Assembly: GCF_000007985.2 (NCBI RefSeq) | Contig: NC_002939.5 | Span: 1,170,001-1,202,000, forward strand | DNA: 32,000 bases | Direction: 5' to 3' | Source: Geobacter sulfurreducens PCA | GTDB taxonomy: Bacteria; Desulfobacterota; Desulfuromonadia; Geobacterales; Geobacteraceae | In this document: positions 24,319 through 31,436 of the stretch, one piece after another | Layout: each line of letters begins with the position of its first letter | Numbering within the stretch: position 1 is the stretch's first letter | Notes under the pieces: generated by a model | What the model saw: only the letters and a program-made list of their open reading frames with translations | What the model was told of the DNA's origin: nothing | Databases searched by the model: none | Position numbers and translations under genes: made by a program

Positions 24319-25746
24319 ATGGCAAAGCGCTATAAGGTTCTTGTTGGTGGTGAGTGGACAGGGGACGACCGACCGGGTATCGAGGTCGTAAACCCTTACG
24401 ACGATTCGGTCATAGGGGTTGTGCCCGAGGCAACGAACGAGGATGTTGACCACGCCATACGTGCAGCACAGGCGGGCTTTGCCGAAATGTCCGCTCTCCC
24501 GGCGTATCGACGTTCCGACATACTTGATCGTACTTCGGAGCTGATCAAGCGAGACCGGGAGGAGATCGCCGAAATAATTGCCCGCGAAGCGGGCAAGTCG
24601 TGGAAATTCGCCCTTGCGGAAGCGGATAGAAGTGCAGAGACCTTCCGTTTCGCCTCGCTGGAGGCTCGTAACGCCCACGGCGAAATCGTACCCATGGATG
24701 CTTCGCCTGTGTCAGCTGGTCGTTTCGGTTTCTACCTCAGAACCCCGATCGGCGTAATCGGTGCCATCGCACCCTTTAACTTTCCTCTTAACCTGGTTGC
24801 ACACAAGGTGGCACCCGCCATAGCCGCCGGTAACGCGATAGTGCTGAAGCCTGCCACAAAGACTCCCCTCTCGTCCATTAAGCTTGCGGAGCTTATGGTG
24901 GAGGCGGGGCTCCCTGCCGGTGCGCTCAATCTGGTTATCGGGAGCGGTCGGACTGTCGGTAACCGTTTGGTAGAGGATGATCGGCTGGCAATGGTGACAT
25001 TCACCGGAAGCCCGCCGGTTGGCGTTCAAATCAAGGAGCGGAGCGGACTCAAGAGAGTTACGCTGGAGCTTGGGTCCAATTCACCCACCATCATTGAGGA
25101 TGATGGCGATGTGGATGCGGCAGTCGCCCGCTGTGTAGTGGGCAGTTTCGCCAACTCGGGGCAGGTCTGTATCTCTGTTCAGCGAATTTTTGTACACCAG
25201 CGGCGTTATCGCGAATTTGTTGACAAGTTTGTGGCCGCGACCCAAAAGCTCAAGGTTGGGGATCCTATGGACCGTGACTGCGACATCGGACCGATGATTT
25301 CCCGCGAAGAGCTGCAGCGCGCCGTCGAGTGGCTGGGTGAGGCCACGTCTCTGGGGGCGAGACTTGAAACCGGGGGTACGGTTGCCGGCAACTGTCTCAC
25401 TCCGGCAATTCTGAGCGGCGTAACTCCCGACATGAAGGTGGTCTGCTCCGAGGTGTTTGCGCCGATTGTTTCCGTCATCCCTTATGAGACCTTCGATCAG
25501 GCCCTCGATATGGCTGACGACTCAATCTATGGCCTTCAGGCCGGGGTTTACACCAGCGACATCAATAAGGCGTTCAAGGCCATCCGCCGACTCGATGTGG
25601 GAGGAGTAATCATTAACGATATTCCGACGTTCAGGGTCGATCATATGCCCTATGGCGGTAACAAGCAGAGTGGACTCGGGCGGGAAGGTATCCGCTACGC
25701 CATGGAAGAGATGACGAACATAAAATTTGTGTGCTTGAATCTATGA
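24319..25746 (+). CDS. NAD(P)-dependent aldehyde dehydrogenase family protein
   Basis: Start at MAKRYKVLVGGEW (GAGAGGGAG SD). The catalytic Glu context is LELGSNSP and the catalytic Cys context is GQVCISVQR. It also has the FTGSPPVG cofactor motif. Confidence 0.9.
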   Translation: MAKRYKVLVGGEWTGDDRPGIEVVNPYDDSVIGVVPEATNEDVDHAIRAAQAGFAEMSALPAYRRSDILDRTSELIKRDREEIAEIIAREAGKSWKFALAEADRSAETFRFASLEARNAHGEIVPMDASPVSAGRFGFYLRTPIGVIGAIAPFNFPLNLVAHKVAPAIAAGNAIVLKPATKTPLSSIKLAELMVEAGLPAGALNLVIGSGRTVGNRLVEDDRLAMVTFTGSPPVGVQIKERSGLKRVTLELGSNSPTIIEDDGDVDAAVARCVVGSFANSGQVCISVQRIFVHQRRYREFVDKFVAATQKLKVGDPMDRDCDIGPMISREELQRAVEWLGEATSLGARLETGGTVAGNCLTPAILSGVTPDMKVVCSEVFAPIVSVIPYETFDQALDMADDSIYGLQAGVYTSDINKAFKAIRRLDVGGVIINDIPTFRVDHMPYGGNKQSGLGREGIRYAMEEMTNIKFVCLNL

Positions 25747-25802
25747 AAAATAAGAATAATTTTAAGTTTTGTTTCGCTAACGTATTGAATTCGTGAAAAA
25801 AT

Positions 25803-25820
25803 AAAATTGTATACTGTATA
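25803..25820. promoter_or_regulatory. second copy of the operator-like 18-mer AAAATTGTATACTGTATA
   Basis: It matches 17 of 18 positions of the element at 21972-21989. It abuts the -35 element of the lipoprotein promoter. Confidence 0.4.
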
Positions 25821-25828
25821 AAAAAATC

Positions 25829-25856
25829 TTGACTTTATCTCTAAAGCGAGTATATT
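25829..25856 (+). promoter_or_regulatory. sigma70-type promoter of the small lipoprotein gene (TTGACT-16-TATATT)
   Basis: Both hexamers are near consensus with a 16-nt spacer. It lies about 75 nt upstream of ATG 25933. Confidence 0.5.
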
Positions 25857-25932
25857 CCTCATCCGTTGTGTTAAGAAACCATGCGCCTCGCGCGAGAATG
25901 GCAACTTCAAAGGAAAAGAGGTGAAAACGTCA

Positions 25933-26130
25933 ATGAAAAAGCTGCTTTCTCTGACACTGTGCCTTGCTATGGCCGTGGCTTTTGCTGCTGGCTGCAAGAA
26001 GAAAGAAGAAGCTCCGGCTCCGGCTCCGGCCGAGCAGGCTGCTCCGGCTCCGGCCCCGGCCCAAGCTCCGATGACTTCGGCCCAAGCTCCGGCTCCGGCC
26101 GACCAAGCTGCTCCGGCTGAGAAGAAGTAA
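25933..26130 (+). CDS. small Ala/Pro-repeat lipoprotein, 65 aa, C-terminal Lys-Lys
   Basis: MKKLLSLTLCLAMAVAFAAGC contains a lipobox (AAGC). The mature part is (AP)n-rich and ends in AEKK. An AGAGGTG SD precedes the ATG, and the gene has its own promoter and a strong terminator. The antisense 157-aa ORF is rejected. Confidence 0.65.
   Translation: MKKLLSLTLCLAMAVAFAAGCKKKEEAPAPAPAEQAAPAPAPAQAPMTSAQAPAPADQAAPAEKK
26011..26118 (+). repeat. imperfect tandem GCTCCG/GCCCCG hexanucleotide repeats encoding (Ala-Pro)n
   Basis: Runs of gctccggctccggctccggcc, gctccggctccggccccggcc and gctccggctccggcc are separated by short Gln- or Glu-containing spacers. Confidence 0.8.
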
Positions 26131-26150
26131 TTAGTTACTTTTTTCTCTCG

Positions 26151-26187
26151 AAAAAGACCCATGGGCACTGTCCATGGGTCTTTTTTT
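26151..26187 (+). terminator. rho-independent terminator after the lipoprotein gene
   Basis: AAAAAGACCCATGG-GCACTGT-CCATGGGTCTTTTTTT forms a perfect 9-bp GC-rich core stem followed by a T7 tract. Confidence 0.85.
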
Positions 26188-26269
26188 GTCTGACAAAGAG
26201 ATTGACTTCAAAGTCCGTACATGGTAAACGATACGGTCTTTTTATTTACAAGCGTAACTGGAGGTAGAG

Positions 26270-26683
26270 ATGGAAAGAACATTTGCGATTATTAAGCCTG
26301 ATGCGGTGGAGCGTAACATCATCGGAAAGATACTTGAAAAAGTAGAAACGGCCGGCTTCCGAATTGTGGGCATGAAGAAGATCCTGCTTTCCAAGTGCGA
26401 GGCCGAAGGATTTTACTACGTGCACAAGGAGCGGCCTTTCTTCAATGACCTTTGTTCCTTCATGTCGCGCAGCCCGGTGGTGGTTATGGTTCTTGAGCGT
26501 GAAAACGCCATCAATACCTGGCGCGAAGTGATGGGAGCAACAAATCCGGCCAACGCCGAAGCGGGAACCATCCGCAAGGATTTCGGCCTGAGCATCGAGG
26601 AAAATTCCGTGCATGGCTCAGACTCCCCCGAATCGGCCGCTTACGAGATTCCGTATTTCTTCAGCCAGCTCGAGCTGCTCTGA
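26270..26683 (+). CDS. ndk: nucleoside diphosphate kinase
   Basis: [13 protein letters not shown]..., with the NSVHGSDS active-site His context. 137 aa with a GGAGGT SD. Confidence 0.97.
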   Translation: MERTFAIIKPDAVERNIIGKILEKVETAGFRIVGMKKILLSKCEAEGFYYVHKERPFFNDLCSFMSRSPVVVMVLERENAINTWREVMGATNPANAEAGTIRKDFGLSIEENSVHGSDSPESAAYEIPYFFSQLELL

Positions 26684-26705
26684 AGCTGAATGCGTGTGTG
26701 TCAGC

Positions 26706-26737
26706 AAAGCCCTTCTCTCGCGAAGGGCTTTTTTTTA
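26706..26737 (+). terminator. rho-independent terminator after ndk
   Basis: AAGCCCTTC-TCTCGC-GAAGGGCTT is followed by a T-run. Confidence 0.85.
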
Positions 26738-26749
26738 TAGTACGCTACC

Positions 26750-27832
26750 ATGGATACAATGATTGACATTAAGGGGCTGAGCATTGACGAGCTGGAACGT
26801 TTCCTCCTGGGAAAAGGGAAGGAGCGTTACCGGGCACGCCAGATATTCAAGTGGCTGTATCAACGGGGTGCCACCTCCTTTGCCGAGATGACTGATCTGG
26901 CGAAGGAGTTGCGTCGGGACCTTGAGGAGACGGCACGCATCAGCACGCTTTCCCCCGAGGCCTTGGAGATTTCCCGGGATGGAACGCGAAAATACCTCTT
27001 CCGTCTCGATGATGGATGTTCAGTGGAGTCGGTGCTCATCCCGGAAGAAGACAGAAACACCCTTTGTATTTCGAGCCAAGTAGGGTGTGCCATGGCCTGT
27101 GAGTTCTGTCTCACGGGAACGTTCCGGCTGACGCGCAACCTGACCACCGCCGAGATCGTAAATCAGGTCTGTGCGGTTCAGAGGGATGTCCCCGTGCGCA
27201 ACATCGTCTTCATGGGCATGGGAGAACCCCTCGCCAATCTCGACAATGTGATCAGGGCGCTGCAGATCATGCTGCACGATGACGGACTTCAGTTCTCGAC
27301 GCGTCGCATAACCGTTTCGACCGCCGGCTTGGTACCGGAAATGGAGCGGCTCGGCCGATCGGTAACGGTGAATCTTGCGGTTTCGCTCAATGCCACTACG
27401 GACGAGCTGCGCGACCGGATCATGCCGATCAACCGGAAATATCCCCTTGCCGTGCTTCTTGATGCCTGTCGCCGGTTCCCGCTGCCGGGCCGTCGGAAGA
27501 TAACTATTGAATACGTGCTGCTCGGCGGGGTGAACGATACCCTCGATGATGCCAAACGGCTGGTCAGGCTGTTGAGCGACATTCCCTCTAAAATCAATCT
27601 GATCCCCTTTAATGAACATGAGGGATGTTCCTTCCGGAGCCCCAGCCAGGATGCGATCGACCGTTTTCACAGATATCTGCTGGACAAGCATTTCACGGTC
27701 ATAACGCGCTCCAGCCGTGGTGCCGATATTTCGGCGGCCTGCGGTCAGCTCAAGGGCAAGCTGGACGCATTGAAGCCGTCCGGCGCGGGAAAGCAGATAG
27801 AGGTTTCAGACTCCACTAACGAGGTGACATGA
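26750..27832 (+). CDS. rlmN: radical SAM 23S rRNA/tRNA adenine-C2 methyltransferase RlmN
   Basis: It has the [11 protein letters not shown] radical-SAM CxxxCxxC motif, GMGEPLAN, and the C-terminal catalytic Cys context ISAACGQL. It is adjacent to ndk, as in many bacteria. Confidence 0.95.
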   Translation: MDTMIDIKGLSIDELERFLLGKGKERYRARQIFKWLYQRGATSFAEMTDLAKELRRDLEETARISTLSPEALEISRDGTRKYLFRLDDGCSVESVLIPEEDRNTLCISSQVGCAMACEFCLTGTFRLTRNLTTAEIVNQVCAVQRDVPVRNIVFMGMGEPLANLDNVIRALQIMLHDDGLQFSTRRITVSTAGLVPEMERLGRSVTVNLAVSLNATTDELRDRIMPINRKYPLAVLLDACRRFPLPGRRKITIEYVLLGGVNDTLDDAKRLVRLLSDIPSKINLIPFNEHEGCSFRSPSQDAIDRFHRYLLDKHFTVITRSSRGADISAACGQLKGKLDALKPSGAGKQIEVSDSTNEVT

Positions 27833-27833
27833 C

Positions 27834-28694
27834 ATGGAACAGGTAATCGGCGTTATCGGCGGGAGCGGGCTCTACGAGATGGAAGGGCTTCAGGACGTTC
27901 GGAGCATTGTTGTTGAAACCCCCTTCGGCGCACCCTCGGATGAGTTTGTGACCGGCGTGCTGGATGGTGTGCGCATGGTGTTCCTTCCGCGCCACGGCCG
28001 GGGCCATCGGCTCCTGCCTACTGAGGTAAACTACCGGGCGAACATCTACGGCATGAAGAAGCTCGGCGTTACCCGGATTATTTCCGTTTCCGCCGTGGGC
28101 AGCATGCGGGAGGAGATCGTGCCGGGGCATATTGTGATCCCGGACCAGTTCATCGACCGGACCAATGCCACCAGGGCAAATACGTTCTTCGGCAATGGGG
28201 TGGTTGCGCACATTCAATTTGCCGATCCGGTCTGCGCCGACCTTTCCGCCGATCTCTATGCGGCGGCGCAGGAGGCGGGGGCAACGGTCCACCGGGGGGG
28301 GACCTATATCTGCATGGAAGGGCCGGCCTTTTCCACCCGGGCGGAGTCAAACCTCTACCGCTCTTTCGGTGTATCGGTCATCGGCATGACCAACATCCCC
28401 GAAGCAAAGCTGGCCCGTGAGGCGGAGATCTGCTACGGCGTTATCGCTCTTGCCACCGATTACGACTGCTGGCACGAGTCCCATGATGACGTGTCCGTGG
28501 ACGCCATTATTGCCATCATCAAGCAGAATGTGGCCATGGCCAAGTCGATCATTCGCAATGCGGTTCGCCGGATTGACCGGGAGCGGAATTGCCCCTGTGC
28601 ATCGGCGCTCCGGTACGCCATCATTACCGACAAGGCCGCGATTCCTGCCGAGACGAAGGAGCGGCTTGATCTCATCATCGGCTCGTACGTCTAA
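27834..28694 (+). CDS. mtnP: S-methyl-5'-thioadenosine phosphorylase (PNP/MTAP family)
   Basis: IGVIGGSGLY, FLPRHGRGHR and SAVGS motifs, and TMEGPAFSTRAES-like (CMEGPAFSTRAES). The ATG lies 1 nt after the rlmN stop, with a GAGGTGA SD. Confidence 0.9.
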   Translation: MEQVIGVIGGSGLYEMEGLQDVRSIVVETPFGAPSDEFVTGVLDGVRMVFLPRHGRGHRLLPTEVNYRANIYGMKKLGVTRIISVSAVGSMREEIVPGHIVIPDQFIDRTNATRANTFFGNGVVAHIQFADPVCADLSADLYAAAQEAGATVHRGGTYICMEGPAFSTRAESNLYRSFGVSVIGMTNIPEAKLAREAEICYGVIALATDYDCWHESHDDVSVDAIIAIIKQNVAMAKSIIRNAVRRIDRERNCPCASALRYAIITDKAAIPAETKERLDLIIGSYV

Positions 28695-28704
28695 GGAGGG
28701 ATAC

Positions 28705-29646
28705 ATGGGTATTCTCGTTGTGGGTTCGGTTGCATTCGATTCGATTGAAACCCCTTTCGGCAGGGGAGAGCATGTTCTGGGCGGCTCAGCCACCTACTTT
28801 TCGACTTCGGCCAGCTTTTTCACCGATGTCAGCCTGGTGGCGGTCGTGGGAGAGGATTTTCCGGAAGAGCACGTAGCGTTTCTCCGGTCACGAAACGTGG
28901 ACCTTCGCGGGCTTTCCCGCGAACAGGGGAAGACCTTCCACTGGAAGGGGAAGTACGGCTATGACCTGAATGAAGCGCAGACCCTGGAGACGCATCTGAA
29001 CGTCTTTGAGAGCTTCAGACCCTGCATTCCCGATGCATACCGTGACGCCGAGTATCTGTTCCTCGCCAACATCGATCCCGAACTGCAGATGGAGGTGCTC
29101 AACCAAGTGGAACATCCCCGCGTCGTGGCGTGCGACACGATGAATTTCTGGATATCCTCCAAGCCCGAGGCGCTCCGCCGGGTCGTTGCGAAGGTCGATA
29201 TTTTCATCATCAACGAGGGAGAAGCCCGTCAACTGACGGGACAGGCGAATCTTGTCAAGGCAGCGCGCCAGATCCTCGATATGGGGGTCAAGACGCTGAT
29301 CATCAAGCGCGGGGAGTATGGCGTCCTCATGTTCAGCGATAGCTCGGTCTTTGCCGCGCCCGCATACCCTTTGGAAGAGGTGTTTGACCCCACGGGCGCC
29401 GGAGACACCTTTGCGGGCGGCTTTATGGGGTACCTGGCCAACACCGGAGATATCTCCGAGGCGGGACTTCGCCAGGCCATCATCTTCGGAAGCGTCATGG
29501 CATCGTTCAATGTGGAGGATTTCAGCCTGAACCGTCTGAAGCGTCTTGGCTACCGCGAAATCGAGGAGCGGTACCGGAGTTTCAAATCACTTACCCATTT
29601 CGAGGGAATCGCCGATGGGCACGGGGGGGCTCTGGCTCCCGCCTGA
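28705..29646 (+). CDS. PfkB family carbohydrate/nucleoside kinase
   Basis: Start at MGILVVGSVAFD after AAGGAGGG. It has the PfkB signature DPTGAGDTFAGGF. The 409-aa track ORF is an upstream over-extension into mtnP. Confidence 0.85.
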   Translation: MGILVVGSVAFDSIETPFGRGEHVLGGSATYFSTSASFFTDVSLVAVVGEDFPEEHVAFLRSRNVDLRGLSREQGKTFHWKGKYGYDLNEAQTLETHLNVFESFRPCIPDAYRDAEYLFLANIDPELQMEVLNQVEHPRVVACDTMNFWISSKPEALRRVVAKVDIFIINEGEARQLTGQANLVKAARQILDMGVKTLIIKRGEYGVLMFSDSSVFAAPAYPLEEVFDPTGAGDTFAGGFMGYLANTGDISEAGLRQAIIFGSVMASFNVEDFSLNRLKRLGYREIEERYRSFKSLTHFEGIADGHGGALAPA

Positions 29647-29657
29647 CGGCGCCTGCG

Positions 29658-29686
29658 TTGACAATAACCGCCGAATCTGGTACGGT
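29658..29686 (+). promoter_or_regulatory. candidate sigma70 promoter (TTGACA-17-TACGGT) upstream of the TPR gene
   Basis: Perfect -35 element, 17-nt spacer, and a TAnnnT -10 element. It lies 12 nt after the PfkB stop. Confidence 0.4.
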
Positions 29687-29770
29687 TCTGGGTGTGCGGG
29701 GCCGTGTGGAGCGCCTTTGGGCGATGCGCCGGCCCCGTTTGGATACTCTCCGACGGTTTCGAGGTTGCCA

Positions 29771-30514
29771 GTGAGATTCACGCGCATACTCCCCATGGTT
29801 CTCTGCTTCCTCGTGGCCGCTTGCGCCGCGAATGACGCCTCGCGCAACCAGGCTTCCTATCACTATCAGATGGGGCTGTCCCACCTGGGCGAAAACGATA
29901 CGACCCGCGCCCTTATTGAATTCATCGAAGCAGAGAAAATCACGCCGGATGATCCCATTCTTCTCAACAGCCTCGGGCTTGCCTATTTTTACAAGAAGCG
30001 CTTTGATCTGGCGGAGTTGAAATTCAGAAAAGCCATTTCCCTCAAGCCCGACTATTCCGATGCCAGGAACAATCTCGGGGTGAACTATCTGGAAATGCAG
30101 CGCTGGGATGACGCCATCTCGCAGTTCAAGCTGGTGATGGCGGATATTCTTTTTCTCAATCAGGAAGATGCTCGCATCAATCTCGGTCTTGCATACCTGG
30201 GCAAGGGAGACTTGCCCCAGGCCCTCGAAACTCTTCGCGCATCTGTCTCTCACAATCCCCGCAATCTAATCGCCCGTGTTGCCATTGGCCGGGTTTACTT
30301 CGCCATGGACCGGGCCGAAATGGCCATTCAGGAATACAGGAAAGCCATCGAAATTAATAAGAATTATCAGAATGCCCATTACTATCTGGCGTTGGCCCAT
30401 GTAAAGCAGAAGGACTACGTGGCAGCGGCGGATGCTTTTCGCGAGGCGATCCGTATTGCCCCCGATTCCGAAAAAGGTCGGCTCTCGCGCGAATACCTGG
30501 ACTCGTTGAAATGA
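29771..30514 (+). CDS. TPR-repeat lipoprotein (PilF/PilW-like position next to rlmN and rodZ)
   Basis: GTG start after GAGG. The signal peptide MRFTRILPMVLCFLVAAC has a lipobox. Several TPR units follow (e.g. LGLAYFYKKRFDLAELKFRKAISLKPDY). Confidence 0.75.
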   Translation: MRFTRILPMVLCFLVAACAANDASRNQASYHYQMGLSHLGENDTTRALIEFIEAEKITPDDPILLNSLGLAYFYKKRFDLAELKFRKAISLKPDYSDARNNLGVNYLEMQRWDDAISQFKLVMADILFLNQEDARINLGLAYLGKGDLPQALETLRASVSHNPRNLIARVAIGRVYFAMDRAEMAIQEYRKAIEINKNYQNAHYYLALAHVKQKDYVAAADAFREAIRIAPDSEKGRLSREYLDSLK

Positions 30515-30523
30515 GGGGCTTCA

Positions 30524-31378
30524 GTGGCTGACGCCGTACATGCCGGAAAAGGGGACGCCTCGGTCGGAACGCTGCTCAGGGAAGCGCGGGAGGCCAGAAG
30601 TCTGTCCCTTGACGAGGCGGCCCGTGTTACCCGTTTAGGGAAAAACTATCTGGTCGCTCTTGAATCCGACGAGTTCGACAAGCTTCCCAATCTTGCCTAT
30701 GCCCGCGGATTCATCCGGGTGTATGCCGGGTTTCTGGGCCTTTCAGCCGATGAGTTGCTCCGTCGTTACGACGCAGTTGGCGATGATGGCGGACATCGTT
30801 CTCCGGTCGAAGATGCCATGCCCGCGCCGCAAGGGAAGGCGGCAGACTCGATTTCGCCACGTAACCGCTGGTCTCTGCCGTTGGTACTGCTTCTGCTGGT
30901 GGTAGCCCTGGCGCTCATGCTGAGGCTGCAGGATGAGGAACCCAGCCGCCCGATCGAGACCGGCCAACTAACAGCAGCAGCTCCAGAGGCGAGGCAACCG
31001 GCCACGCCGGCACCGCAGCAACAGCTATCCACGGCACGACAGCCGGAAACATCACCCCCGGCCCCGGCCGACGACACCGTAGCCGAGCAGCAAGCTGTCG
31101 AGGGAAATGCTGCTTCATCTCCTGCGCGCGGGGTCATTCTCAAACTCAAAATCAATAAAGACTCGTGGCTTAATATAACTATCGACGAGTCGGTATCCCA
31201 GCAGTATGACCTCAAGGCGGGCGACCTCATCGAGTGGAAGGGCGAACGCGTGTTTGCACTGGATGTCGGCAATGCCGGGGGGGTAGAGGGAGAGTTCAAT
31301 GGGAAACCCCTTGGTGTGCTCGGTGAAGAGGGGAAGCCGGCCCATCTGGTTTTGTCGGCTGATGGCGGTGGCGATTAG
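30524..31378 (+). CDS. rodZ: RodZ-like cytoskeleton protein (HTH XRE domain, TM helix, Pro/Ala-rich linker, DUF4115-like C-terminus)
   Basis: GTG start after GAGGGG. HTH region LREAREARSLSLDEAARVTRLGKNYLVALE, TM helix WSLPLVLLLLVVALALML, and a C-terminal block ILKLKINKDSWLNITIDE...NAGGVEGEFNGKPLG. Confidence 0.8.
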   Translation: MADAVHAGKGDASVGTLLREAREARSLSLDEAARVTRLGKNYLVALESDEFDKLPNLAYARGFIRVYAGFLGLSADELLRRYDAVGDDGGHRSPVEDAMPAPQGKAADSISPRNRWSLPLVLLLLVVALALMLRLQDEEPSRPIETGQLTAAAPEARQPATPAPQQQLSTARQPETSPPAPADDTVAEQQAVEGNAASSPARGVILKLKINKDSWLNITIDESVSQQYDLKAGDLIEWKGERVFALDVGNAGGVEGEFNGKPLGVLGEEGKPAHLVLSADGGGD

Positions 31379-31436
31379 GAGTTCACCGCAACAGCGGTGA
31401 CCGATGGTATACTCATACTCACGCAAGGAGTGAATC

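Noticed and set aside
23643-25746. Visibly lower GC and more A/T-ending codons in the AMMECR1 and aldehyde dehydrogenase genes, and more mildly in rlmN and the TPR gene, compared with the 0-21 kb part. This raised the question of a horizontally acquired islet.
   Set aside because: This is an impression from hand-counting only a few lines (about 50% versus 60-70% GC). No integrase, transposase, tRNA or flanking direct repeats are present, and the genes are ordinary housekeeping types. It needs a sliding-window GC and codon-adaptation calculation before any claim.
25746-25932. Checked the long leaders and spacers (here, upstream of gltA, and at 18347-18768) for GEMM-type cyclic-dinucleotide riboswitches, which are common in Geobacter.
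   Set aside because: I could not find the conserved GEMM core elements (for example the ACGCAAAGC-type segment with paired GNRA/receptor stems). No riboswitch call is supportable by eye. A covariance-model scan (Rfam/Infernal) would settle it.
25695-26168. 157-aa minus-strand ORF (Ala/Gly-rich) opposite the small lipoprotein gene.
   Set aside because: It is the antisense reading of the GCTCCG repeat array. The plus strand has the promoter, SD, lipobox signal peptide and terminator, all in the right order.
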